DNA of 64,000 bases from a virus. Taxonomy: Duplodnaviria > Caudoviricetes. A program made the translations under genes and the position numbers. The notes under the pieces were generated by a model, which saw only the letters and a list, made by a program, of their open reading frames with translations, had not been told where the DNA came from and made no database searches. The stretch lies in IMG/VR virus record IMGVR_UViG_3300022555_000003, positions 64,001-128,000 of that record; one strand, 5' to 3'. Positions within the stretch are counted from its first letter, which is position 1. Every line of letters starts with the position of its first letter. This document shows, piece after piece, positions 12,950 through 22,739 of this stretch.

Positions 12950-14440
12950 ATGGCACTTATTGAAAATGGTAATAATGCATCAGGAATTGTTAATGTTGAT
13001 GCAAATTTTGATTTAATGACAACAACACCACAAGTTAACACACGTTATGGTGGTGCAACAGGAACACCAAATTTTGTAGGTGCTTCTAGACTATTTTGTG
13101 AAAATGATCCTGGATTATTAACAGGTATTTCTTTATTGTCTTCACCATATGTAACATATGAAAATAATCTTCAAATTGGATCTTCAACTCCTTTGTTTGA
13201 TTATGAATTCAATGGTACTGCGCAAGACACATCGATGTGGTATTGTGCTTTTTCTACTATGACAATAACACAATCAGGTGGATTTCTTCTTTTAAATGCA
13301 AGTAACATTGGTACAACTGGTTCCGGTGCATATATAACGTCTAGACGATTTTTTAATTTAACAGCTAATGCTGGTTTAAAGTTTGGCACAGTTATTAATA
13401 TTACTCAAGCAGCGGCAGCAAATGAAATTTGGGCTATTGGTTTAGGCACGCCAGCATCAACAACTGCATTGCCAACTGACGGAGTATGGATTCAGTATTC
13501 TAGTGCTGGACTTTTTGGAGTTATAAGTTCAAATGGTGTAATCACACAAACAGGTGCATTACCAGTTGTCAGTCCAATTTCTATTCCTATTAATGCCAAT
13601 AAGTTATTGCAGATTCGAATTAATAATCGTGTAGTACATTTTCTGTATGATGGCAATTTTATAGGTTCTCTGCCAACACCAATTGGACTAGGAATGCCAT
13701 TTATGACTGCTTCTTTGCCGGTATTTGCTCAATATGTAAATACTGGTACTGTTTCTGGCGGAACATTTATGCAATTAAAAATTGGAATGATCGCTGTTGA
13801 TCAGTTTGACTCTCAACTTAGTAAACCATATTCACATATCCAAGCAGGAAAAGGTTTGATGGCATATCAAGGATTACAAGGCGGCACAATGGGATCAAGT
13901 GCTAAAATGCCAAATAATGCTGCACCTGACGCTGGTGCAGCATTAGCAAACGCATCTGCCGCATTTTTAGGTCTAGGTGGTCAATTTTCTTTTCAACCCA
14001 CATTAACATCTGGTTCAGATGGTATTCTTTGTTCTTATGCTAATCCAGTTGGTAGTATTAATCAGACTCCACGTACATTATATATTACTGGAGTTAAAAT
14101 TCAATCAGTAGTAACAATATTGTTTATTGGTGGTCCAGTTATTATGTTTTATTCGCTTGCATTTGGACACACAACAGTTTCTTTAGCACAAACAGAAACA
14201 ACAACATTTGCTACTGCTTCAACAAAAGCCCCTAGACGTATTCCGTTAGGATTAGAATCATTTGTGATTACTTCTCCAATAGGTCAATTATCAGGTACAC
14301 CTCCTGTTACAATGCAATTTACGTCTCCTGTTGTTATTAATCCTGGAGAATTTGTTGCAATTGCAGCAAAAAATATAGGAACAGTAACTTCAGCTGGTGT
14401 TATCACATCTTTAGTTACTTTTGATGGTTATTTTGAATAA
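12950..14440 (+). CDS. Putative virion structural protein
   Basis: 496-aa Gly/Thr/Ala-rich beta protein in the fibre operon. Confidence 0.5.
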   Translation: MALIENGNNASGIVNVDANFDLMTTTPQVNTRYGGATGTPNFVGASRLFCENDPGLLTGISLLSSPYVTYENNLQIGSSTPLFDYEFNGTAQDTSMWYCAFSTMTITQSGGFLLLNASNIGTTGSGAYITSRRFFNLTANAGLKFGTVINITQAAAANEIWAIGLGTPASTTALPTDGVWIQYSSAGLFGVISSNGVITQTGALPVVSPISIPINANKLLQIRINNRVVHFLYDGNFIGSLPTPIGLGMPFMTASLPVFAQYVNTGTVSGGTFMQLKIGMIAVDQFDSQLSKPYSHIQAGKGLMAYQGLQGGTMGSSAKMPNNAAPDAGAALANASAAFLGLGGQFSFQPTLTSGSDGILCSYANPVGSINQTPRTLYITGVKIQSVVTILFIGGPVIMFYSLAFGHTTVSLAQTETTTFATASTKAPRRIPLGLESFVITSPIGQLSGTPPVTMQFTSPVVINPGEFVAIAAKNIGTVTSAGVITSLVTFDGYFE

Positions 14441-14453
14441 ATAGTTTGTATTT

Positions 14454-14484
14454 TGATAGGGTCAAGTTAAAATTGACCCTATCA
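14454..14484. terminator. Perfect 12-bp hairpin (probable terminator)
   Basis: TGATAGGGTCAA-7 nt-TTGACCCTATCA just after the stop of 12950-14440. Confidence 0.6.
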
Positions 14485-14506
14485 CATGGCCGGTAAATAT
14501 TATTAG

Positions 14507-14947
14507 ATGTTAGAACAAGATTTTACCTTATACACATTATTTGATATAACCAAAACAGGCATAATAAAAACTTGTAATGCTGACTTTCCTACTTTTGTAG
14601 ATGAAGCAGATCAACTTATACGTAATAAAAGTGAATGGGATAAGAGTAGAAATCAACAACGAAATTGGGAAATAATAATCCAACTGTTAGGATTTAGAGC
14701 ACAGCCAATTATAAAATCTCCTCCAATGAAAATACTAAATTGTGATATTTTTAAATCAAATTTTGGCTTACAAACTGTTTGGAAGTTAGACTTTAGTTCA
14801 GAGCAACCAGGTGTATATTCACTTGACTTATTTATTAATGAATTTGATAATATTCCTATGATTACTAACTTAAATGAAACAACAAATTTTAATAAATCAA
14901 CATTAACAACACATGGAATAGAAAAAAATGTTTTATTTTTAAACTAA
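14507..14947 (+). CDS. Hypothetical protein
   Basis: ORF track; fits the gene packing. Confidence 0.55.
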   Translation: MLEQDFTLYTLFDITKTGIIKTCNADFPTFVDEADQLIRNKSEWDKSRNQQRNWEIIIQLLGFRAQPIIKSPPMKILNCDIFKSNFGLQTVWKLDFSSEQPGVYSLDLFINEFDNIPMITNLNETTNFNKSTLTTHGIEKNVLFLN

Positions 14948-14964
14948 TTTTGATAAATATTTAC

Positions 14965-15228
14965 ATGAGCACCATTACAGAATTAGAAAAAACAAACCTC
15001 GAAGCACACGTTGAAATTAGTGTTGAACGAGAAGAATTAATAAACATGCAATTGCATGATATTAAGATTCAAATGATTGAAACCAATGAAGAAATTAAGC
15101 GAATTAATGCGTTAATAACTGCTATAGTTAATCATAGACAGAATCAACTAATTACATGGGGAGCAGGTATTATTTCTGTTTTGATTAGTGCTGTAGCTTT
15201 TTTAACTTACACATTATTCAAAAAATGA
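14965..15228 (+). CDS. Small coiled-coil protein with C-terminal transmembrane helix
   Basis: C-terminal LITWGAGIISVLISAVAFLTYTLF; ATAAATA 5 nt before the ATG. Confidence 0.6.
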   Translation: MSTITELEKTNLEAHVEISVEREELINMQLHDIKIQMIETNEEIKRINALITAIVNHRQNQLITWGAGIISVLISAVAFLTYTLFKK

Positions 15229-15263
15229 TAAAGAAGATAAATAATAATATAGGAATATAAAAT

Positions 15264-16298
15264 ATGAACTTATCTGATCTAGAGTCGAGTAATTTGTCAA
15301 ATGATTTGGCTAAAATGTTGAAGAAGCAATTTGATATAACAATGCCAATAGATGACTTGTCTCCAAGCAAGGTTGTAAAATTACATGAAAGTATTCAGAA
15401 TAAGTTAGATAAATTTAGGAATACAAGTAAACTTTACTCGTCTGAACAAGATAAAAATTACATGGCATTACTAGTTATTGAACAAACATTGCGTGCAAAG
15501 TTATCAGAAGGATTAATTACAGACATAGGAAAAGGAATTTCAACAGTGACTGGTGCAATTAAGTCACATGTTCCTGGAGCAAATGTTCAATCACCTGTTC
15601 AACATGGAAGTGCAGTAGGACATGTTAAAAATGCTGCTGGTAAATTTGGACAACAAGTAAGTAGCCTAGCTCAAGCAAGTAAGTATGGTTTCGATAAGGT
15701 TGGTGATAAATCATCTATAAAAGACTTTGAAAAAGATCAAGCAGCTAAAAAAGTTAACTTATCAAAAGAAGATAGAAAACGTATACAACAATCGATAATT
15801 AATAAAGAGAAATTATCACCAGAAGATGAACAAAAATATAAATTATACCAGAAAGAAATTAATATGAAAAAACTTGACCCATCAATTCTAGAAGCAAAAT
15901 ATCGTAGACTTACAGAAAGTAGCATGGCAGATGCAGAAGTAATTCTTGCTGCTAAAGATTTAGTAGATAGAATTCAAGACATGGTTGAAACACTTGGAAA
16001 GATGGTAAACTCAGAGTTACCAGCCATTGGAGAATCAATCAGAGACGTAATGACATCAGAACAATCAGAAGCATATGTTAGTTCTGCAACATCAATAATT
16101 AATTCCGCACTTGAAAATATTCGTAACACAAAAGATGAGCTTGATAAATCAACACAGGTTTTAGCAGGCGAAGAAGCGGCCCCAGATTTAGAAATGGATG
16201 CTAATATGGATATGGACATGGATGATATGGACATAGAAGAACCGATTTTACCAAAGGCGAAGAAGACTACAACACCGTCAATCAGACGAAAAAGATAA
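15264..16298 (+). CDS. Hypothetical helical late protein with acidic tail
   Basis: ATAAATA at 15237, AGGA RBS; acidic MDMD tail. Confidence 0.6.
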   Translation: MNLSDLESSNLSNDLAKMLKKQFDITMPIDDLSPSKVVKLHESIQNKLDKFRNTSKLYSSEQDKNYMALLVIEQTLRAKLSEGLITDIGKGISTVTGAIKSHVPGANVQSPVQHGSAVGHVKNAAGKFGQQVSSLAQASKYGFDKVGDKSSIKDFEKDQAAKKVNLSKEDRKRIQQSIINKEKLSPEDEQKYKLYQKEINMKKLDPSILEAKYRRLTESSMADAEVILAAKDLVDRIQDMVETLGKMVNSELPAIGESIRDVMTSEQSEAYVSSATSIINSALENIRNTKDELDKSTQVLAGEEAAPDLEMDANMDMDMDDMDIEEPILPKAKKTTTPSIRRKR

Positions 16299-16299
16299 T

Positions 16300-16355
16300 G
16301 TAGTTCGCGGTGTTATAGCACCCAACTACTCTATTACTGTAAAGGAGTAACAGCA
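16300..16355 (+). promoter_or_regulatory. Structured leader of HNH endonuclease gene with RBS-occluding hairpin
   Basis: GUAGUU/AACUAC and GGUG/CACC stems; competing UACUCU/GGAGUA stem covers the AAGGAG RBS. Confidence 0.5.
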
Positions 16356-17074
16356 ATGATATTTATTGATAACGCATCAACAAAAAGATATTATGAAATA
16401 ATTGAAATGGCAAAATTATTTCCGCATTATGGATATACCGAAAAACATCATATAATACCAAGATCATTTTATAAATCAAAAAATAAAACTGGTTGGTTAG
16501 ATGGTAACCCAAATGACCCAAATGATCCAGATAATCTAGTTGTATTAACTGGCCGAGAACATTTTATATGCCATCAATTATTAACACAAATGTTATCTAA
16601 AGAACACCATGGTTATTATAAAATGTTACATGCATTCTTTGGTATGTGCAGAACAAGTTCTTCTCAAAAGAGTCGATATATCCCAACTCCAGATGAATAT
16701 GAAATAGCTCGCGAATTAAATGTAAAAGCGCAAAAAGCAAAACTTGGACAAAAATATAAACCAATGTCAAATGAGGGAAAGCTAATATGTCAAAAGCACA
16801 CATGGGTAAACGCAGATCTGCTGAGTCTGTATTGAAACAGCAAAAAACAAGACGCGAAAATAATTTTCGATTATCTGCTGAATCTATTGCTAAACGAACG
16901 GCAACCAGAAAATTAAATGATGGTTACAAATATTCTGCTGAAGCAAGAGCTAATATGTCAAAATCTCATATGGGTAAAAAGTTAACACCAGAATCAATAG
17001 CAAAAAGAGAAGCAACCAAAAAATTAAAACGAGAGATAAAAACTAATATATTAAAATCAAAATTGGATAAATAA
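16356..17074 (+). CDS. Free-standing HNH homing endonuclease with NUMOD3-like repeats, split by a -1 frame change at 16775-16781
   Basis: EKHHIIPRS...NLVVLTGREHFICH in 16356-16835; MSKAHMGK/MSKSHMGK repeats in 16787-17074; frames join at G GGA AAG. Confidence 0.75.
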
Positions 17075-17091
17075 TATTATAGGAATATAAA

Positions 17092-17571
17092 ATGTTTATT
17101 GTAGATAAAGACATAAGTAGAAAAATTATAATTTTCCTACAAATGTGGAGCCAAAAAGCTGGAAGATCGTCTGGCGGTGGCAAATCACAAATTAATAATA
17201 CCGAGATGAGCACCAAGTTATTTCTTCAAACAATATTAAAGAATATAACTGGTCTAGAATTATCATATTTTCAATTTAGCAAGTACTATGATACTGTTCC
17301 TGAGATTAAGAATCTAATTGGTAAATTAAATCAATCAGTTATACAAGTTAATCTTCCTGGTGAAGAAGATCATCAAGAAGTTGAAATGCCAGAAGAACCT
17401 GGTATAGACCATGAAGAAGAAGATATTACTGCGGAACCAATGGAACCAGAAGAACCTCTTGCAACTCCAACTCCTCCAATGCCACCAACTGAGTTAGGTC
17501 CTGAAGGTCCAAACTATAAAAGTATTGTAGCTAATATGGCTAAACGTGCAAGACAACGAAATACTAAGTGA
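17092..17571 (+). CDS. Hypothetical protein with Pro/Glu-rich linker
   Basis: ATAAATA at 17067, AGGA RBS. Confidence 0.55.
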   Translation: MFIVDKDISRKIIIFLQMWSQKAGRSSGGGKSQINNTEMSTKLFLQTILKNITGLELSYFQFSKYYDTVPEIKNLIGKLNQSVIQVNLPGEEDHQEVEMPEEPGIDHEEEDITAEPMEPEEPLATPTPPMPPTELGPEGPNYKSIVANMAKRARQRNTK

Positions 17572-17609
17572 CAAATTGCTTATAACCTGCTATACTATTA
17601 CTAGTGTAA

Positions 17610-18293
17610 ATGATAATAAACAATTTTAATTATTCTAAGTTAAGTAGATCCAACGTAGATGGAAAACGATTATATTTAACTCCATCCGGAAAAAATGTTC
17701 CGTCGGTTACTACAATTCTAGATGTTACTAAGCCAAAAGCAAATAAACTGGCATTACAAAATTGGCGTAAAAGACTTGGTCCTGCTAAATCAACAGAAGT
17801 AACAACTCATGCTGCAGGTATGGGAACACGTATGCATAAATATTTGGAAGAATATTTTGAAACTGATGTGTTACGAGTACCAGGTTCCCACCCATATAGT
17901 ATTCAAAGTAATAAAATGGCAAGTGTTATTATTAATGAATATATTTATCCTCATATATCTAAATGCTTTGGAACTGAAGTTTCACTTTTTTATCCAGAAA
18001 TTTATGCCGGAACAACTGATGCAGTTGCAAGTTGGGATAATGAATTAGCTATTATTGATTTTAAACAAACCAATAAGAAAAAGAAAGATGAATGGGTTGA
18101 AGATTATCGATTACAACTAAGTGCATATATTTTAGCCCACGATGAAGTTTATGGAACTAAGATTGGTAAAGGTGTTATTTTAATGTGTAGTCAAAATTTT
18201 GAACCACAACATTGGGTTATAGATGGATTAGAATTAGACAGATGTAAAGAAGCATGGGCTAGGCGCGTAGAAGAGTATTTTAATCTTGATTAG
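17610..18293 (+). CDS. PD-(D/E)XK RecB/Cas4-like exonuclease
   Basis: SVTTIL, GTRMHKYLE, YAGTTDAV, IIDFKQT, QLSAY; upstream GTGACA-17-TATACT. Confidence 0.8.
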   Translation: MIINNFNYSKLSRSNVDGKRLYLTPSGKNVPSVTTILDVTKPKANKLALQNWRKRLGPAKSTEVTTHAAGMGTRMHKYLEEYFETDVLRVPGSHPYSIQSNKMASVIINEYIYPHISKCFGTEVSLFYPEIYAGTTDAVASWDNELAIIDFKQTNKKKKDEWVEDYRLQLSAYILAHDEVYGTKIGKGVILMCSQNFEPQHWVIDGLELDRCKEAWARRVEEYFNLD

Positions 18294-18325
18294 AGTAGAG
18301 ATAAATAACATACAAGGATAATAAC

Positions 18326-18841
18326 ATGGCAGTTACACAGATTTCAAAAATTACTGTTCGTAGAGGTAAACGTGCAAACTTACCACAATTAAGTTATGGT
18401 GAAATTGGATGGGCTGTTGATACCCGACAATTATTTATTGGCAACGGTAGTTTAACTGATGGTGCCTCAGTGGAAGGCAACACTGAAATTTTAACTGAGC
18501 TAAGTGAATTAGTTGGAATACAAAATTCTGTAACGTCGGTTGTGTTAACTGATAATACTTTTGTTGCAACATCATTTTATACTTTTAGTATAAGTTATCA
18601 TCCAGCTGGGATGATTAAATACAGTATCGATCGTAATGGAGTTTACCAAGCTGGTACTATCCAATATGCATTTGATGGAACAAGTACACTAAACATAACT
18701 CACACAGGAACTCCAAGTACAACCGCTGTAGGAGTTACAATTACTGTAGCTATTGTTGGAACTACTGCAACATTTTCATATATTTCAACAAACACAGGAA
18801 ATGATGCAATAATTAAAATAAAGAGAGAAGATTATTTCTAA
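18326..18841 (+). CDS. Virion protein with Mtd_N-like N-terminus
   Basis: KITVRRG...LPQLSYGEIGWAVDTRQLFIGNG. Confidence 0.65.
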   Translation: MAVTQISKITVRRGKRANLPQLSYGEIGWAVDTRQLFIGNGSLTDGASVEGNTEILTELSELVGIQNSVTSVVLTDNTFVATSFYTFSISYHPAGMIKYSIDRNGVYQAGTIQYAFDGTSTLNITHTGTPSTTAVGVTITVAIVGTTATFSYISTNTGNDAIIKIKREDYF

Positions 18842-19278
18842 TGAACTGGTATCAGGACGTTGAATTAAGAATTACAGAATGGCGAAAGTTTAGGAATGAA
18901 TTACAAAGTACAGAAGATCTAATAGATGTTCAAAAACTTTGGTATTCTGCTCCGTATAAAAAAGTATCGCCACTTTTAGATGAAAATGACAATTGGCCAA
19001 CACCGTGGACAATTTTTAATAATATGAGTTATTGCGATTTAGCTAAAGCACTAGGGATGTTTTATACAATCGCATTAGCACCAAAATTATCAAAATTGCC
19101 ATTACAACTAAATCTAATGCATACATTCGAGGGAGAACGTATATGTGTGGTATCGGTTGACAACGGTAAGTTTGTGTTAAATTTCAACAAAGAAAAAATT
19201 ATAAATACATCGATGATTAGTGATGAGTATCAACTCACTACTAAATATGTCAAAACAGATTTTAAATTACTAAAATAA
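18841..19278 (+). CDS. Hypothetical protein
   Basis: Coupled ORF (TAATG overlap). Confidence 0.55.
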   Translation: MNWYQDVELRITEWRKFRNELQSTEDLIDVQKLWYSAPYKKVSPLLDENDNWPTPWTIFNNMSYCDLAKALGMFYTIALAPKLSKLPLQLNLMHTFEGERICVVSVDNGKFVLNFNKEKIINTSMISDEYQLTTKYVKTDFKLLK

Positions 19279-19290
19279 TGGAGAGTATTA

Positions 19291-19353
19291 ATGAATACGT
19301 ATTTGGAGAATTTTGTCTCTGAAAGTTTACCTTCTGAGTTTGTATATGACTAA
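19291..19353 (+). pseudogene. 20-codon remnant resembling the nrdJ 5' end
   Basis: GGAG RBS then MNTYLENFVSESLPSEFVYD*, similar to NrdJ start MNLEKYKSDILSYEFL; stop overlaps the endonuclease start. Confidence 0.45.
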
Positions 19354-20014
19354 TAACATTTATTATGTTTATCAATACTTAAGGACAGACAAAACGCCAT
19401 ATTATATTGGCAAAGGTAAAGATTATAGAGCATTTCAACCACACAATGTAGCAGTTCCAATAGATATTAATAATATTCAATTTATAGTAGAAAATGTAAA
19501 TGAAGAATATGCATTTTCATTGGAAAAATATTTGATTACATTGTATGGAAGAAAAGATAATGGAACCGGTATTTTACGAAATTTAACGAATGGGGAAGAA
19601 GGTAATTCAGGGTGTGTACATTCTGAAGAGTTTAAAAAGCAGAGATCAGAATATACAACAGGTAAAAATAATCCTATGTATGGGGTACATCGATTTGGAG
19701 AAAGTGCTCCAAATTTTGGAAAAAAACATACAAACGAAACCAAGAAAAAAATATCTGAATCTAGAAAAGGACAACCTGGACCAAGACTTGGAGCTATTTT
19801 ATCTGAAGAAACTAAGAAAAAGTTATCACTGGCTCGCAAAGGGAAGCCATTAACTGAAGATACAAAAAAGAAAATATCAATGAAATTATCAGGTGAAAAT
19901 AATCCTATGTATGGGGTTCATTTAAGTGGAGATAAAAATCATTTTTTTGGTAAAAAACATACAGACGAAACTAAGAAAAAAATATCAGAATCTAAGAAAA
20001 GGAATAAAAAATGA
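19346..20014 (+). CDS. Free-standing GIY-YIG homing endonuclease with NUMOD3-like repeats
   Basis: YYVYQY...PYYIGKG; E..LI..YGRKD.GTGILRN; repeated GENNPMYG / KKHTxETKKKISES. Confidence 0.85.
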   Translation: MTNNIYYVYQYLRTDKTPYYIGKGKDYRAFQPHNVAVPIDINNIQFIVENVNEEYAFSLEKYLITLYGRKDNGTGILRNLTNGEEGNSGCVHSEEFKKQRSEYTTGKNNPMYGVHRFGESAPNFGKKHTNETKKKISESRKGQPGPRLGAILSEETKKKLSLARKGKPLTEDTKKKISMKLSGENNPMYGVHLSGDKNHFFGKKHTDETKKKISESKKRNKK

Positions 20015-21957
20015 ATTTAGAAAAATATAAATCTGACATTTTATCATATGAATTTTTAAAACAATATGAAAATAAAACTCCACCATTTGGATTTAGTGGT
20101 TTAGGATATATTGTTTATAAACGAACATATGCAAGAAAAATAGAAGGTACAGATAGAACTGAAGAGTGGGCAGAAACTATAGCAAGATGTATAAATGCAG
20201 CACAATATCAAATCGATTCAAAATATACAATAGAAGAAGCACAAAGACTATTTGATCTGATTTTTAATCTAAAATGTAGTTTCGCAGGAAGGATGTTATG
20301 GCAACTCGGTACATCAACTGTTGATAGATTTGGAGCTAACTCTTTGTTGAACTGTTGGTTTACTACTATAAAAAAGACTGAAGATTTTTGCTTTTTATTT
20401 AACCAATTAATGTTAGGAGGTGGTGTTGGACTTTCAGTTAAGAAAGAAGATATCCACGAGTTACCTAAGATTAAAAAGAATGTAACTGTAACTCATAAGT
20501 TAACAAAAGATGCAGATTTTATTGTACCTGATTCAAGAGAAGGATGGGTCACTTTACTCAGAACTGTATTATCATCGTATTTTGATAATGGCAAGTCGTT
20601 TTCGTATTCAACAATTTTAGTTCGTGGATCAGGTGAAGCAATTTCAGGATTTGGTGGTACTGCTTCTGGTCCTAGAATTTTAATTGATGGGCTTATTAAA
20701 ATTTGTTCTGTTATTTCTAATAGAGAAGGTAAAAAATTACGATCTATAGATGTCTTAGATATATGTAATATTATTGGTTCAATAGTAGTTGCAGGAAATG
20801 TCAGGAGATCCGCGGAACTTGCTATTGGTGATCCAGATGATTTTCTTTTCTTACGTGCAAAACGATGGGATTTAGGTACTATTCCAAATTGGCGTGCGAT
20901 GTCTAATAACACAATTGAAGCTGATTCATATGATCAAATTTCTGAAGCAGTATGGGATGGATTTAAAGGTAATGGAGAACCATATGGGCTATTTAATTCA
21001 CCATTATCTCAAAAATATGGAAGACTTGGAGAAGAAAGAAAAGATAATTGTGAGGGACTGAATCCGTGCGCTGAAATCACCTTATCAGACAAAGAATGTT
21101 GTAATTTAGGTGAATTATATCTTAATAATATTGAAACAAAAGAAGAACTAATAGAATGCTCAACTCTATTATACAAGACTCAAAAAGCTGTATGTGCTAT
21201 GAATTTCCTACACGAAGAAACAAATGAAATAGTTCATAAGAACATGAGAATAGGTGTAGGAGTTACAGGTATTTGTCAGTCGCTTGAAAAAATTGAATGG
21301 TTAGACGCGGCTTATTTGAACTTAAGGAAATTTGATAAACAGTGGTCCAAACAAAATAAATGGCCTGAATCAATCAAACTAACTACCACAAAACCAAGTG
21401 GAACCTTGAGTTTATTGGCAGGATCAACACCTGGAGTTCATCCAGGTTTCTCTCGTTTTTTTATCAGACGAGTGCGTATGTCATCTGATGATAAATTAAT
21501 TCAATTTTGTAAAAATTTAGGATATCCTATTGAATATGCTAAGAATTTTGATGGAACTGAAAATTATGATACTTGTATTGTATCTTTTCCATGTAATTTT
21601 AGTGAAGGAACACTTCTAACAAAAGATATGAAAGCTACTGATCAGCTTAAACTAGTAAAGAAAATTCAAACTGTTTGGGCTGATAATTCAATTTCAGTAA
21701 CAGTGTATTATAAGAAAGAAGAATTACCTGAAATAAAAGAATGGCTTAAGGAAAATTATGAAACCTCAGTTAAATCAATTTCGTTTATGTTACATACTGG
21801 ACATGGTTTTTTACAAGCACCATATGAAGAGATTGATGAAATGAAATATAAATTATTAATTAGTAAATTAAAAACGTCAAAGTCAGAAGTAATTGAATTT
21901 TCAGATAAAGCTTTAGAAGGGCTTGAATGCGCTGCTGGAATTTGCCCTGTGAAATGA
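20011..21957 (+). CDS. nrdJ: Class II (adenosylcobalamin-dependent) ribonucleotide reductase
   Basis: YKRTYAR, NCWF, GGGVG, GNVRRSA, NPCAEI (thiyl Cys), KPSGTLSLL, C-terminal CAAGICPVK. Confidence 0.9.
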   Translation: MNLEKYKSDILSYEFLKQYENKTPPFGFSGLGYIVYKRTYARKIEGTDRTEEWAETIARCINAAQYQIDSKYTIEEAQRLFDLIFNLKCSFAGRMLWQLGTSTVDRFGANSLLNCWFTTIKKTEDFCFLFNQLMLGGGVGLSVKKEDIHELPKIKKNVTVTHKLTKDADFIVPDSREGWVTLLRTVLSSYFDNGKSFSYSTILVRGSGEAISGFGGTASGPRILIDGLIKICSVISNREGKKLRSIDVLDICNIIGSIVVAGNVRRSAELAIGDPDDFLFLRAKRWDLGTIPNWRAMSNNTIEADSYDQISEAVWDGFKGNGEPYGLFNSPLSQKYGRLGEERKDNCEGLNPCAEITLSDKECCNLGELYLNNIETKEELIECSTLLYKTQKAVCAMNFLHEETNEIVHKNMRIGVGVTGICQSLEKIEWLDAAYLNLRKFDKQWSKQNKWPESIKLTTTKPSGTLSLLAGSTPGVHPGFSRFFIRRVRMSSDDKLIQFCKNLGYPIEYAKNFDGTENYDTCIVSFPCNFSEGTLLTKDMKATDQLKLVKKIQTVWADNSISVTVYYKKEELPEIKEWLKENYETSVKSISFMLHTGHGFLQAPYEEIDEMKYKLLISKLKTSKSEVIEFSDKALEGLECAAGICPVK

Positions 21958-22019
21958 TTTATTGATTACAAAATAATTGATCCTAAGATTTGTCCGATAA
22001 AATAATTAAAAGAGGAAAT

Positions 22020-22322
22020 ATGAATTATACACCAAATGTTAGTGTAGTTTCGTTTAAGGTGATTGGCGGAGAAGAAATTGTTGCCAAATTTATTACAGAA
22101 GATGATGTTTCATTCACTATCTTTAAGCCACTTAGTATGGTAGCAAGTGAAAGAGGGTTAGCAATGACTCAAACTATGTTTAGCTCGAAGTTAGACAACG
22201 AGTTGAAGCTAAATAAGAATGCAGTTATTATGCACTCTCAATCACGAGATGAGATCGTTAATGGTTGGTACGAAGCAACTTCGGGAATTAAAACACCGAA
22301 GTCACAAATTTTAATGGGGTAA
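22020..22322 (+). CDS. Small conserved phage protein (Sm/SH3-like)
   Basis: SFKVIGGEEIVAK...KPLSMV pattern; GAGGA RBS before 22020. Confidence 0.5.
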   Translation: MNYTPNVSVVSFKVIGGEEIVAKFITEDDVSFTIFKPLSMVASERGLAMTQTMFSSKLDNELKLNKNAVIMHSQSRDEIVNGWYEATSGIKTPKSQILMG

Positions 22323-22329
22323 CAAAAAT

Positions 22330-22596
22330 ATGCCGGGGTGGCCAAGACTTGGAGATAAAGACAGTGCGGGAGCACCAATTATAGCTGGTGTTGCTACCAC
22401 TGTTTTTATAAATGGAAGACCAGCAGCTTTATTAGGAAGCAAATGTTCTCCTCACCCCGTCAATCATCCTATGTCATCATTGATAGGATGTTCTAAAACA
22501 ATAATATGTCAAGGTAAACCAGCTGGAATTCAATTCGGCGTCCAAAGTTGTGGGCATATTCAAATCCAAGCAAGTACGGATGTAATTATATCATGA
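22330..22596 (+). CDS. PAAR-domain baseplate spike tip protein (T4 gp5.4-like)
   Basis: RLGD, VFINGRPAALLGS, H..H, SCGH. Confidence 0.85.
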   Translation: MPGWPRLGDKDSAGAPIIAGVATTVFINGRPAALLGSKCSPHPVNHPMSSLIGCSKTIICQGKPAGIQFGVQSCGHIQIQASTDVIIS

Positions 22597-22733
22597 ATAC
22601 CGACACTAATCTCTTACTTTGTTTAGAAAAAATTAAAAAATCAAATGATAATGTTGAACTCAAACATCTAACTGAAGAGCTTACTGATATATTATTTAAG
22701 AAGCAGATACTTAATCAAACTCCTGATAAATAA
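22593..22733 (+). CDS. Small hypothetical protein
   Basis: ATGA-coupled to the PAAR gene. Confidence 0.4.
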   Translation: MNTDTNLLLCLEKIKKSNDNVELKHLTEELTDILFKKQILNQTPDK

Positions 22734-22739
22734 TATTGA

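Noticed and set aside
17610-18293. Cas4-like nuclease as evidence of a CRISPR system
   Set aside because: Stand-alone PD-(D/E)XK exonucleases are common in phages; no cas1/cas2 and no repeat-spacer array in the window
19291-20014. Group I intron in nrdJ carrying the GIY-YIG ORF
   Set aside because: The endonuclease ORF abuts coding sequence on both sides, leaving no room for an intron core, and nrdJ has its own complete start
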